DNA from: a virus
Taxonomy: Duplodnaviria; Caudoviricetes
DNA: 64,000 nt
Virus record (IMG/VR): IMGVR_UViG_3300033076_001139
Span: 32,001-96,000 of that record
Direction: 5' to 3' (one strand)
Positions within the stretch are counted from its first letter, which is position 1; every line of letters starts with the position of its first letter. The notes beneath the pieces are model-generated. The model did no database searches and was not told where the DNA came from. It saw nothing but the letters and a program-made list of their open reading frames with translations. The position numbers and the translations under genes were made by a program. Below are positions 8,358-17,903 of this stretch, piece after piece.

Positions 8358-8596
8358 GGCTCCTCCTTGCGGCGGTGCTCGCCGCCGTTATTTCCCTTCC
8401 ATCCCCACCTGCGTGCCTCCTCGCAGCGGCACTCGCCTGTGGCGTACATGATCCCCGCGCAGTGGGGGGCGTGCCCGGCGAGCGTTAGCGCGTACATCGC
8501 ATCGACTTTCGCTTCCTGTTCCTTTCGCGCCCTGCGTCGATGGATGATGTCGCGCACGACCTCTCTGTGCGTCCTCCGCCTCCAACGGCTCATCAC
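8354..8596 (-). CDS. small basic hypothetical protein
   Basis: GAGGAGGAG RBS, follows class-A site 8661. Confidence 0.65.
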   Translation of the reverse strand: MMSRWRRRTHREVVRDIIHRRRARKEQEAKVDAMYALTLAGHAPHCAGIMYATGECRCEEARRWGWKGNNGGEHRRKEEP

Positions 8597-8731
8597 TCCT
8601 CCTCGTGGCGAGCATCACCGCGTTTATGTACGCGCACGGGATTAATTCCCGGCGCAAAGGCTTATGACACATAAAAGAAAAGTCGCCTGGTCCTCCCAGC
8701 TCAGACGACTTTTCTTTGGCCCCGGGCACCA

Positions 8732-9178
8732 TCACTCTTCAGTGACGATGCCTTCCCCCCGGAGCCACTCCGCGTCCACCGCGGAGACGCCGGCGAGCCC
8801 GAGGGCCGCCTTCACCTTCCGCAGCTTCGCATAGTTTCCACCGCCCACTAGGAAGCGACGGTGGAAGGAGATCCCGTGGTGCGCGAAGATCCGCGCCCAC
8901 ACGGTACGCCGCCCGATGAACTTCCGCGCGGCGTAAAGTCCCAACCCGGGGAGGATGGGCATCCATCCCGGGAGCCATCCCCGTGCTGCGAGGTAGAGCC
9001 CTGTGCAGCACGTGACATCACTCCACTCCTCACGGATCCCCGTGAGGTTCCCTGCCCGTACTTCGGCGAGCAGCTCTTGCCACTCGCCTTTGACGTAGTC
9101 CCAAGTCATGTCCGATGCCATGACGTGGGACCTCATCCACCCGTAGGTGAGTGTCCCACACCATGTAGAAACGAGCAT
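8732..9178 (-). CDS. MazG-like nucleotide pyrophosphohydrolase domain protein
   Basis: VKGEWQELLAE...IREEWSDV resembles the EExxE...EExxD MazG motif; own class-A promoter and AAGGAGG. Confidence 0.5.
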   Translation of the reverse strand: MLVSTWCGTLTYGWMRSHVMASDMTWDYVKGEWQELLAEVRAGNLTGIREEWSDVTCCTGLYLAARGWLPGWMPILPGLGLYAARKFIGRRTVWARIFAHHGISFHRRFLVGGGNYAKLRKVKAALGLAGVSAVDAEWLRGEGIVTEE

Positions 9179-9298
9179 TATTCCTCCTTGCTCATATACT
9201 TATGACAGGATCACCCTGGAGTTCGGGGCTAAAAGAAAATCCCCGAGCAGTGCTCAAGGGGATCTACCGCCTGCTCCCTTGTGAGGAGCGGGAGGATT

Positions 9299-9871
9299 TC
9301 ACAGCCGGCGGACCGGTCCCGGCGTCACCGCCGGCGGGGGCGAGAGCCGCGTGTCTGCGGCCCAAGCCGGGCTTACGCCCAGCCCGGAGCAGGCCTTGTG
9401 GGCCTGCTCCTTTTCATGATCCCCGTACTCGCCGGGGACCAGCCCCGGCCCGTGGGTGAGCGCAGTTACACGCCCACCCTCCTTCCGAATTTCCCAGAGG
9501 AGGATCTCGGCCCCCCTCCTGAAGATCTGGAGGTGAGCGTCACCGGCAACGGTGACGCTCCAGCGGACGGTTCCCATCGTAGAGCGATGGGTCGTGGCGG
9601 GGGCGAGCCCGCGGAACTTGTACCCGTCATTATACGGGTACCGCTCAAGGTAGGCGATGCGTGCTGCATCGCCTTCTGCGTCTGCGAGGTCGCGGAGCTG
9701 TTGCTCCGCGTCGGCGGCTTGAAGACGCACCTCCCAGGCGGCGACAGCCGCCTCCACTCCGAGATTTAGAATCTCCGAGTCTGTCGGACCCAGCGGGTCC
9801 GTAGCCCAGCCGTGTCCGAAGGCACGGGCGAGGGGGCGGAGGACGGAGAGCTGGGCGGAATTGATGTTCAT
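9299..9871 (-). CDS. hypothetical protein
   Basis: own class-A promoter 9927, GGAG RBS, terminator downstream. Confidence 0.75.
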   Translation of the reverse strand: MNINSAQLSVLRPLARAFGHGWATDPLGPTDSEILNLGVEAAVAAWEVRLQAADAEQQLRDLADAEGDAARIAYLERYPYNDGYKFRGLAPATTHRSTMGTVRWSVTVAGDAHLQIFRRGAEILLWEIRKEGGRVTALTHGPGLVPGEYGDHEKEQAHKACSGLGVSPAWAADTRLSPPPAVTPGPVRRL

Positions 9872-10019
9872 GTGAACTCCAGGAAAAGAGAATTGCGCGG
9901 AGAGGTATTTCTCTTTGCTCTACTCCCTTATGACCGGAATCCAGACAGCCTTCAGGCGCGCAAAGGGCTAAAAGAAATGCAACCCGCGAGGGACAGTATT
10001 TCTTTCCTCCCTTTCGGGA

Positions 10020-10226
10020 TCAGCTGATGACCTTGCCGGTCCTCAGGCTGACGAGGGAGAAGTCGCCCTCGTCGAGGTTCTTCTTCTTCACGAGAGCAGC
10101 GACGCCCTTGTTGTCCTCTTTGAAGAGGTCTGCGATGTAGGTCGCAGCGGACACAGCCGTCGCGATACCAATCGTGGAAGGGTTGATCTCTGCGTTCTCA
10201 AGAAGAAACTTGGGAAGAATAGCCAT
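10020..10226 (-). CDS. small hypothetical protein
   Basis: own class-A promoter 10280-10307. Confidence 0.75.
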   Translation of the reverse strand: MAILPKFLLENAEINPSTIGIATAVSAATYIADLFKEDNKGVAALVKKKNLDEGDFSLVSLRTGKVIS

Positions 10227-10760
10227 TGTGGGTTCCTTTGTCGTTGTGGCGAAGGGAGTAATTTCCCCTGCTCTAAATACTTATGACAGGGTCCGGCCCG
10301 TTCTTTAGGCGCACAAGGTCATCTTCAGTGCGACACTTCCCAACCGGCGCGGAGGGCTATCACAGACACCTACTACACACCCCTACACTCTCACACCATC
10401 CTCTCACCATCCCCATCCCTATCCTCGCTTCCACGAGTCCCCGACGGGCACAGCTCGTAATTACCTCCCCACGGTAATTAATTAGCCAGCACGGAAATAC
10501 CCACGAATGGAAATTCATTCTGTGCCCTCCATTTGCATGCAGTCCCTACATAGATGTGTAAATAAATAGATCGATGTTTTGTGTACTGTCCTACCCACTG
10601 AGGGTTCCCCGAATTTCCATCCATGTACACACAGCGAGGATTACCTTTCCGCGCCCTGTACCATTCCCTGCCTCGATTAATATTCCGCAGCTAATAGAAA
10701 ATACCCCAGAGGGATATTTCCTACGCCTCCTCCCGCACCGGGGAGGAGACTCGCGCCGCA

Positions 10761-11126
10761 TTACGCAGCCTTCGCCTTGGCGGCCTTCTTGGCCTTGGCC
10801 TTGGCGGCGCCCTCCTCAACCGCCGCGAGCACGGCCGGAGCCGCGGACTCGTCGACGGTGGCGGAACCGGTGAAGGTCACGGTGCCGGCCTTGGGGTTGC
10901 GGGTCGCGGCGATCTGCACGAACTCGTTGGTGACCGTGCGGGTCTCCGAGTCGCTGTCCCAGTGGATCAAACCACGGGCGATCAGCCCACCACCGCCGGC
11001 CTTGGCGAGCGTCATCCAGGGGTTCGTCTCCTCCAGGATGAAGACATCGACCGCGGCGATGAGCATCGCCACGCCGCCGGCGGTGAGGTTGGGATTGTTG
11101 TGAATGGGATCGGGGAGAAGGGCCAT
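10761..11126 (-). CDS. putative membrane protein with Ala/Lys-rich tail
   Basis: two hydrophobic segments, AKAKAKKAAKAKAA C-terminus, GGAGG RBS, own class-A promoter. Confidence 0.75.
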   Translation of the reverse strand: MALLPDPIHNNPNLTAGGVAMLIAAVDVFILEETNPWMTLAKAGGGGLIARGLIHWDSDSETRTVTNEFVQIAATRNPKAGTVTFTGSATVDESAAPAVLAAVEEGAAKAKAKKAAKAKAA

Positions 11127-11257
11127 GTGGGCCTCCATGAGCGAGGGTCTCGTATTGGTTGTGCCAACCATCCCCGAACCTACGGGGATGGCGAGGAAAG
11201 GCTACGATTTCCTGCTCATATTATTATGACCGGTAATCCCGAATATTTTAGGCGCAA

Positions 11258-11455
11258 GGGATACCCGAGCCCGAGGATCCCGAGCCTTGTATACGTGTAT
11301 AGAGTTACGGTCTTGGAACGGCCGGGAGGGGTACCCCGGTGTTAGACAGAGGCACATATTCTGGGATACCCCGAATTAGGAAAACAGCGGCACATATTCT
11401 GGGGGTACCCGAATCAGGAAATACCCCTCCCATTAATTGTGGGTACCCGAACCCC
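11258..11455. repeat. non-coding repeat cluster (GGGATACCC/GGGTACCC units; 33-bp direct repeat)
   Basis: ggcacatattctgggataccccgaattaggaaa (11351) and ggcacatattctgggggtacccgaatcaggaaa (11389); further units at 11258, 11328, 11441. Confidence 0.8.
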
Positions 11456-11739
11456 GCACAAACCCTATTAAAAAATTGGGTTATAGAAAATGGAATAGGG
11501 GTACGGACAGCCCTTTGGATGCGCCGAAAAATTGGTTTATTCGGGGCTAAGAAAATGGCCTCCCCGTGGGCGGGAGGCCGGACATCACGGACCCTGCTCG
11601 GGTGCCGTTCTGTCGTGTACCAGCTCGGACCACTCCCGAAGCCCGAGCTGGAAAAGGACCTCGCTCAACGGGTGCGCGACCACGTTGTGCAAGGTCCATT
11701 GGAACCGGGGCGGTAGCCGCCCCAGTAGGCGGGGTAGGT

Positions 11740-12144
11740 TCATTCGGGCAGGGTGAACTGGTCACCCTTGCCGTCGAAGTACCCCCACTTGCCGGCGAGG
11801 GCGGGACCGTCCTTCTCGGTCCAGCCCCCTGTCAGCACGACGTTGCTGTGGACGGGGGAGACCCCGATATCCACAGCAACAGTCACGTGGGCAGTGTCGT
11901 TGCGGGTTTCTGCACCCTCAACAACGACCGCCTGGATACCGTCCCGATCGACGTACCCGACGACGCGGAGCGTCACGGGCTTGCCAATCGGGAGCTGGCA
12001 CACCTCCTCTGCCGTGGGCTTGAACGCCCACGTCATGTGGTGGCAGGTCTGCTTTTCGCGCAGAGGGCTGAGCGTGGCGAACCACGCTTTCAGCTCCTCG
12101 CGAGCGGTGGGGTCTAGGATGACCCCAGCGTAGATGGGTCTCAT
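11740..12144 (-). CDS. 2H phosphoesterase (RNA 2',3'-cyclic phosphodiesterase-like)
   Basis: two HxT motifs, HHMTWAF and HVTVAV. Confidence 0.75.
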   Translation of the reverse strand: MRPIYAGVILDPTAREELKAWFATLSPLREKQTCHHMTWAFKPTAEEVCQLPIGKPVTLRVVGYVDRDGIQAVVVEGAETRNDTAHVTVAVDIGVSPVHSNVVLTGGWTEKDGPALAGKWGYFDGKGDQFTLPE

Positions 12145-12407
12145 GACCCCACCTCGCGGACAAGGGCAAAGAGGACGTCGCGGCGGGCGTCCCCCTCGAC
12201 CTCTACCCCGTTGACCTGGATTTCCAGGACACACTCGTACTCGTCTGTGACGAGCAGATCAATGTGCTTGTCACCTACAAGCACCGAGGCAGACCTGCTG
12301 CCCCCGACGTCGAAGACCAGTCCGCAGACGGTCTCCTCCGCCTCGCGGAGCTTCTGGCGCTCCGCTGCCGTCTTCTGCTGCCGAAGCAACTGTTCCAAAA
12401 CCGTCAT
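12141..12407 (-). CDS. hypothetical protein
   Basis: AGGAGG RBS after class-A promoter 12449. Confidence 0.75.
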   Translation of the reverse strand: MTVLEQLLRQQKTAAERQKLREAEETVCGLVFDVGGSRSASVLVGDKHIDLLVTDEYECVLEIQVNGVEVEGDARRDVLFALVREVGS

Positions 12408-12612
12408 GAAGCCTCCTATGTGGGGAGGAAAGTCCCCTGCTTCATGTTCTTATGACCGGGTCTGGGCCTGTTTTGGCGTGGGTAAATAAGAAGGTGTTTT
12501 ATAGCTTTTTATTGGGGTGGAAAATTCGGGCCGCGTGAGTACAAGGTAAAAGAAACGACCCACCTGTGCGGTAGGGTCGTTACCTCCCCGACCCTTTCAG
12601 GCCGGGGAGGAT

Positions 12613-13077
12613 TTACGCAGCGCGCTCTTCCGCGCGCCTAGCCAGCATGGCGAGCGTTTCCTCGAACGTACCGAAACGCGCGTAGCGGTACTCAAGCTGC
12701 GTGGCGCGCAGCTTGAGTTCGTACTCGTAGGGCTCCTTGGCGTTGTTCGCCCGGAAGTGGAGGACGATCTCGTCCCCCTCCTTGAGGTTCTGGAGAACAC
12801 GCAGGGGGATGTGCTGGGGCAGCCGCCCCATCAGTTCCTTCTCCCCCAGCTCCGACCAGTCGTGGCAGTGCCAGTTCTGGCACTCCGGGCCGATGGCCCA
12901 GAATTCGACCATGAGGTCGTTGTCCTGGAACTCGATCCCGGGGAAGTTTCGGTATCGACGAGTGTACAACTCGTCGTCGAACCCGTTCTCGTTGGGGTTC
13001 TTCAGCTCCTCAAACTTGAAGAGACGGTTGGGGACGAGGAAGAAATTGCCGGTGAGAGTACGCACGATGCGACCCAA
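12613..13077 (-). CDS. hypothetical protein
   Basis: between class-A promoter 13128 and terminator at about 12545-12581; start uncertain. Confidence 0.7.
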   Translation of the reverse strand: MGRIVRTLTGNFFLVPNRLFKFEELKNPNENGFDDELYTRRYRNFPGIEFQDNDLMVEFWAIGPECQNWHCHDWSELGEKELMGRLPQHIPLRVLQNLKEGDEIVLHFRANNAKEPYEYELKLRATQLEYRYARFGTFEETLAMLARRAEERAA

Positions 13078-13194
13078 GCAGAACGGGGAATAGGGAAAGG
13101 TTGAGTTAGCCCTTTCTGCTTCATATACTTATGACCGGATTTTGGCCTATTTTGAATCCATGCAACGGGCGCGCAGGTGTGGGATACTCCTGAG

Positions 13195-13341
13195 ATGGAA
13201 GACTTCCGTATTTCGCTGCACCCAGGCCTTCGCCGGCTGGGATTTATCGTAGGCTTTGCCCTGATCGCCGCTGGTCTGATCCTGGGCTGGATACGTTCCG
13301 GCCAGCCCGTTCAGTTACCGCCTACTGGGTACAAAAAATAA
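13195..13341 (+). CDS. 48-aa single-pass membrane protein (not in ORF track)
   Basis: MEDFRISLHPGLRRLGFIVGFALIAAGLILGW...; GATACT -10 six nt before ATG. Confidence 0.6.
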   Translation: MEDFRISLHPGLRRLGFIVGFALIAAGLILGWIRSGQPVQLPPTGYKK

Positions 13342-13373
13342 ACCGCCCCTCACAAAGAGGGGCGGTAGCAAGG

Positions 13374-14147
13374 CTACGAGTCGGTTGACTTCTTTTTAAG
13401 ATGTCTGTACGCGGCGTACCCTAGCCCCAGACCTCCAACAGCCCCGGCACCCAAGAGGGCCGGAGACACACCGGAGCCCCCTCCCTCAGCGGAACCCCTA
13501 GTAGCTTTGCCCCGGCTTACTGCTGGGATGCGCGTAGGTGTCGAGGTAGGTGTTGCGGTAGGTGTCGGCGTGTGCACGAGTACTGGGCGTTCTTTATGGC
13601 GAGTAGGCCACGGAGACGTGACGTACAGGTTGTTTAGCCGCTTAGTTTCGTTCTGTATCTGTGCTTTCCCTGTTTCCATACCTCTTTTAAAGGACAGCTT
13701 ACCCTCCATGGCCTTCTTAACGGCGCGCCCAAGCCGAGAGTTCCTAATTTCGTCGACTGATTGAGCCACTTCTGTTAAAGTCTCTGGGTGAGTCGCGAAG
13801 GGTTCGACGCGGGTTAGGCTCTTTGTTGGTGTTTTTCCAAGACCTAGTGACTGGAGGTGCCGGCTGCGCGCCGCGCGCTGGGTTGTGTCGAGGCGATATC
13901 CACGAAGGGGGACTGTGCCAAATTGTCCACTGAAAAGACGTATACCTAGCGGCCCACCAAGGATCTTCGCGTGTTCTCTGATAGCCTCTGGTGTTAAGTT
14001 TTTAGGCAGCTTGTGCATTTCCTGTATAAGAGGGATACTGCCCAGAAATGCTCTATTAGAGGAAATAGCGCGGTAGCGCTCGTGCCATGGATACGTGGCC
14101 AGCTTCTCTAGTTCTGTAAAAAACGCGTGCATGGCCTGCTTGTTCAT
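13374..14147 (-). CDS. basic protein with AFFTELEKLA N-terminal motif and C-terminal GxxxG helix; putative virion internal protein
   Basis: motif shared with several ORFs in the window. Confidence 0.7.
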   Translation of the reverse strand: MNKQAMHAFFTELEKLATYPWHERYRAISSNRAFLGSIPLIQEMHKLPKNLTPEAIREHAKILGGPLGIRLFSGQFGTVPLRGYRLDTTQRAARSRHLQSLGLGKTPTKSLTRVEPFATHPETLTEVAQSVDEIRNSRLGRAVKKAMEGKLSFKRGMETGKAQIQNETKRLNNLYVTSPWPTRHKERPVLVHTPTPTATPTSTPTRIPAVSRGKATRGSAEGGGSGVSPALLGAGAVGGLGLGYAAYRHLKKKSTDS

Positions 14148-14175
14148 TGTGGACCTCTCTATTGACTCCGCTACC

Positions 14176-14427
14176 TTACTCTACCCGCACTGCACGTACC
14201 AACAAGATCTTGGCTTCCCGGGACAGCCGTTTAACACGGCACTCTTCTTTTAGCGCGACGCTCTTGGACGCACACGGAGAAAGGTAAACGAGCGTAAGCG
14301 GGGCACGGCCACGTGTGTACTTCGCGCCCTTACCTGCCTCGTGCTGGGAAAGGCGGCGGGGGAGGCTGTTCGTGATGCCCGTGTAAAGCGTGCCGTCGGC
14401 GCAGTAGAGGATGTAGAGGAAGTACAA
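14176..14427 (-). CDS. GIY-YIG nuclease (YhbQ/UPF0213-like)
   Basis: YFLYIL-C-DGTLYTGIT...RRL-QH--GKGAKYTRGR-P. Confidence 0.92.
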   Translation of the reverse strand: MYFLYILYCADGTLYTGITNSLPRRLSQHEAGKGAKYTRGRAPLTLVYLSPCASKSVALKEECRVKRLSREAKILLVRAVRVE

Positions 14428-14474
14428 AAGAAAAATCCGCAGCGGATGCTGCGGATAACTTCTTGAGGGGCGGT

Positions 14475-14720
14475 CTAGCGCATGCCTAGCAAACGACCTA
14501 TCAGTTTTCCGGGACCAAAACGACCTACTTGGGCCTTTGCCTTTAGCTGGCTAATAGCAGAGTTCATGGGCGGCATTGACTTAGCCGTTGCCATGGTTTT
14601 TGCGGCCTGTAGCTGCTCCGCCCCGGCCGCTTCCTTGTCGAGAAGCGCCAGCTCGTAGATGTCGTAGACATCGTCTACAGATGCAATCTTAGCAAACTCT
14701 TGAACGTACGATGTGCTCAT
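14475..14720 (-). CDS. small KxA-motif protein, paralog A
   Basis: EFAKIASVDDVYDIYELALLDKEA. Confidence 0.8.
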   Translation of the reverse strand: MSTSYVQEFAKIASVDDVYDIYELALLDKEAAGAEQLQAAKTMATAKSMPPMNSAISQLKAKAQVGRFGPGKLIGRLLGMR

Positions 14721-14894
14721 TTTTTACCTCTATTTTGGAAAGTATGGAGTCTTAGGACTACCCACCAATTCCGCGTCTTGCGAGGGGAATAGAAATTGCG
14801 CGGTTTGCTGTCTCTGTCAGCGCAGGAGAGGATGTAGAGGAAGTACAAAAGAAAACCCGTAGCGTTCGCTACGGGTTTTCTTAACAAGCTAGCG

Positions 14895-15260
14895 CTACCG
14901 GAAGCGTAGCTTTCCCTGTCGTGAAAGCTGAGCAGAACCATCAAGGGCGGGATTCCACGGCATGCCCTCTGGGCGAGATCCGCGCGCCATGCCTAGAGTA
15001 TCCTGAATACGATTTTTGAACTGTGCCGTTTGCGCGGGAGATGACCCGTGTATCCGCTGCATGTCGGCAAGCGAGTGCATCATTGAGTCCTTGACCGCAC
15101 GGAAATTTGGCTGCTTTCCCGCGCGACCAGCTGCGTACGCCAGCAAAGCCTGGCGACCCGTAGCTGAGGCCTCCTTGTCGAGAAGCGCCAGCTCGTAGAT
15201 GTCGTAGACATCGTCTACAGATGCGGTCTTTGCAAACTCGTGAATTGCGGAAATGCTCAT
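14895..15260 (-). CDS. small KxA-motif protein, paralog B
   Basis: EFAKTASVDDVYDIYELALLDKEA; AGGAG RBS; TTGCAG-N17-TAAGAT upstream. Confidence 0.8.
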   Translation of the reverse strand: MSISAIHEFAKTASVDDVYDIYELALLDKEASATGRQALLAYAAGRAGKQPNFRAVKDSMMHSLADMQRIHGSSPAQTAQFKNRIQDTLGMARGSRPEGMPWNPALDGSAQLSRQGKLRFR

Positions 15261-15330
15261 TTGAAAGTCTCCTGAGTAGGCGAAACAATCTTAGTACTAA
15301 AAAACGGACCCTGCAAGCGGGTCCGTAACG

Positions 15331-15540
15331 TCATTCTTCCTCTCCCGTCCTTGTAGGACGAACGAGAGAAACATCAAGCCCGACAAGCGGAAGCATACGC
15401 CGCAACCGACGCGCATTGCTTCGAGCCTCCCGACTCGAACGCCACGTCGTCTGTCGCATGTTTGCCTGCCTCCATTCGTCTAGGTCCCGCGCGTAGGACT
15501 CCCATTCCCGCGCGGCTTCTTCCAACAGTCTGTAGTCCAT
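15331..15540 (-). CDS. hypothetical protein
   Basis: GGAGG RBS. Confidence 0.65.
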   Translation of the reverse strand: MDYRLLEEAAREWESYARDLDEWRQANMRQTTWRSSREARSNARRLRRMLPLVGLDVSLVRPTRTGEEE

Positions 15541-15759
15541 TTACGCCTCCCCCATGCCGTACGCCTCGACGTAGGCGTACATCCAGGCCACTAAGATCAG
15601 CGGCCAATTTTCCATCCCAGCAGTTTCCAGCTCAGCCATAATGCACTCCTTAGCGTGCATTTTCTTATGACACCTAAACGAAAAACACCCCAGTCTCCCT
15701 TCCGGGGTGAGTTTCGTTTGCCAACCCCTTTGCGCGAGTTGGCGGGTCTGGCGTGTGGG

Positions 15760-16323
15760 CTACTTGACCGCGGCCCACTTACTCCAATACCCGACCGCGC
15801 CCATGTAGGCGTCGCGGTCAAGAGGTACCCCAGAACCACCCTCAGCCAGCGGAAGCGCGTTCCGCAGGATGGTCATCGGGTTCATTGGCGCCTCCTCCGG
15901 CGTGGGCGCCGAATTGATGGAGATGACCACCCATTCCACCCCCTCCGGGATCTGCATCCCCTCCTTCTCCACTAGGTGGGCCCTTGTGTACAGGACCACA
16001 TCGAGGAAGGAGGCCTTGCCGGCCGTGACATCCTTGGCGTCAAACCAGCGTACGAGAACCGGAAGCTCCTCCGGTCTGCGGGCTTCGTAGCCCGTCCGGA
16101 GTAGGTGCTCGTTTTCCGGCGTGACCTCCGCAACGCCGTCGAGGGCGTCGGTGAAGTTTTCGAGGAACAGGTGCTTGCAAAACGGCGCGTAGCCGTTTGC
16201 CTCGCTGACCGGGGTCAGGGCGTTGAGGGCAGACTCAAACTGCTCGGGAGAGCAGTCGAGGATCTTGGTTCCGCCGAAACCGGGGTTGAAGTGCCGCTTG
16301 GCGAAATCACAGACGAAAATCAT
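15760..16323 (-). CDS. DUF3228 family protein
   Basis: GYAPFCKHLF; YEARRPEELPVLVRWF; PMNPMTILRNAL..EGGSGVPLDR. Confidence 0.85.
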   Translation of the reverse strand: MIFVCDFAKRHFNPGFGGTKILDCSPEQFESALNALTPVSEANGYAPFCKHLFLENFTDALDGVAEVTPENEHLLRTGYEARRPEELPVLVRWFDAKDVTAGKASFLDVVLYTRAHLVEKEGMQIPEGVEWVVISINSAPTPEEAPMNPMTILRNALPLAEGGSGVPLDRDAYMGAVGYWSKWAAVK

Positions 16324-16466
16324 GGCATTTCTCCTTTTGTGCCATGTTGATGAACACGCGACCGATGGCATCGCGCGAAAGCGGTAAGAGCCCAGCTTCA
16401 ACAACTTATGGCAGAAATTAGGGCTAAATTAGAAACCCCAGAATTGCTCCTGGGGTTTCCTTCAGA

Positions 16467-17198
16467 TCAGTACCAAGCGTGCATCGAGAACCCGTGCTTG
16501 GCCCAGAAACGGAGCCAAGTTACCGCGTTCTCGCAGTCCCACGTCGAGTCCAGTAGGTCGCGCATTTCCGGGTCTTCGTACGGCCCGTCATTTACGCATC
16601 CCCCAATCTTGTCCATGTAGTAGTCGATTGCGGTTTTGTTAGCCTCTCGCCAATCTAGGACTTTCTGCTCTAGAGCATCGGCGTAGGACTTCATCTCGTC
16701 GGGGTCCATGTCCTGGTACGCCTGATCTGCAAGTTCTTGGCCGATAATCTTCTCGGCGTATCCAATGACCTTGCCTCGGAAGCTCTCGGGACCGGTCAGC
16801 ATGCCGGTGATTCGCCCAAGCCCTTCCCTGTTCTTGGCAAGGTCCGGCACGTACTTGCCGCGATTGGCCGTCAGCCAAGATTCGAGGGTTGGGTAGGCTT
16901 CAAAGAACGCAGGTCGCTCAGCCTTGCTGTACTGCTCGGTGACAAAGTCTGTGGCCTCTTGGTCAATCCCCACGCGAGGACAGTCAAGAATCGCGCAAGG
17001 ACTAATCTCCAGTGCGTTTTCTTCGTCTTCCAGGCGATCCAGCGTTTCCTTCAATTCCATCAGCACAAGCTTGTCCGCGCCGAGCGCGTCCTGCTCGTAG
17101 TACTTGTCCCGCGCCTCAAGCCGCTTCTTGCGGATCTCGGCGTGTTCTTCTTCCTTACCCTCGATGATCTTTGACTTGAGAACCCAGTCGAGTCCCAT
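16467..17198 (-). CDS. hypothetical phage protein (MGLD... family-like)
   Basis: 243 aa, AGGA RBS. Confidence 0.8.
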   Translation of the reverse strand: MGLDWVLKSKIIEGKEEEHAEIRKKRLEARDKYYEQDALGADKLVLMELKETLDRLEDEENALEISPCAILDCPRVGIDQEATDFVTEQYSKAERPAFFEAYPTLESWLTANRGKYVPDLAKNREGLGRITGMLTGPESFRGKVIGYAEKIIGQELADQAYQDMDPDEMKSYADALEQKVLDWREANKTAIDYYMDKIGGCVNDGPYEDPEMRDLLDSTWDCENAVTWLRFWAKHGFSMHAWY

Positions 17199-17365
17199 GT
17201 TCAGTTCCTGTGGGCAGCGCCCTGTTCAGTCCCGGTACAAATCCCAGTGCTTTCCAATCCTGCGGCGGCAGTAAGTTGTCCGGCCAAGACATGTGCGCCC
17301 CGTGGTGACCCACGGGGCGGCGACATGGGGCGGACTGTCCGTTGGGCAGCGTGTGCCCGCAACGC

Positions 17366-17899
17366 TCAGCCACAGAAAATCACAACCCAGGGATCAACGT
17401 GACACAGTCCCGCGCGGAACAGCATCCCGTGAATCCAACCCTCGAAGTGCCGCTGCTGTAACCCTTGCGGGATAGGTTCACGCAGTTCGATCACGTCTTT
17501 CCGCGCCTCGGGGTGAAGGGCAAGCATCTTGATGACGCCGTCCTTCGAGGTCGGATGTTGTGTTGGGTCGTGGTCTGTCCAGTGTGCGTAATCAAGGACG
17601 CGCATTGCGAGCAGGTGGATATACCTGTGTCGCTTGGGCCGGACGGCGCTTTCCTTGCGGGCGGGAGTCGTACCGTCCGTACCTTTCCCAATCTTCTTTC
17701 TCTCTGACGTAGAGATGTCTCGGATTTCCACCAGCAGCCCCTCTGTTACGATTCCCTCAAACCGTACCGTTTCCCCTCGTTCCTTCCCGCGAAACAAGTG
17801 TTTCGTTTGGTTGGTACGTTTCACAAGTTTCAGGGTGTGGTAGATCTCGTTGATCGCCCGCCCCTGCTGGCGGAGCAGGTTGTAGGCCTGCTCCGCCAT
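17366..17899 (-). CDS. hypothetical protein
   Basis: ATG 17899 directly after the upstream stop. Confidence 0.65.
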   Translation of the reverse strand: MAEQAYNLLRQQGRAINEIYHTLKLVKRTNQTKHLFRGKERGETVRFEGIVTEGLLVEIRDISTSERKKIGKGTDGTTPARKESAVRPKRHRYIHLLAMRVLDYAHWTDHDPTQHPTSKDGVIKMLALHPEARKDVIELREPIPQGLQQRHFEGWIHGMLFRAGLCHVDPWVVIFCG

Positions 17900-17903
17900 C
17901 GTC

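Noticed and set aside
11351-11421. CRISPR array
   Set aside because: Only two imperfect repeats separated by 5 nt; no spacers or cas genes
12425-12435. GAGGAAAGTCC, the RNase P RNA signature
   Set aside because: It is the reverse complement of a class-A leader hairpin in a short intergenic gap, with no room or matching 3' P4 strand
14717-14944. 75-aa minus-strand ORF
   Set aside because: Runs through a terminator and a truncated GIY-YIG remnant; treated as duplication debris
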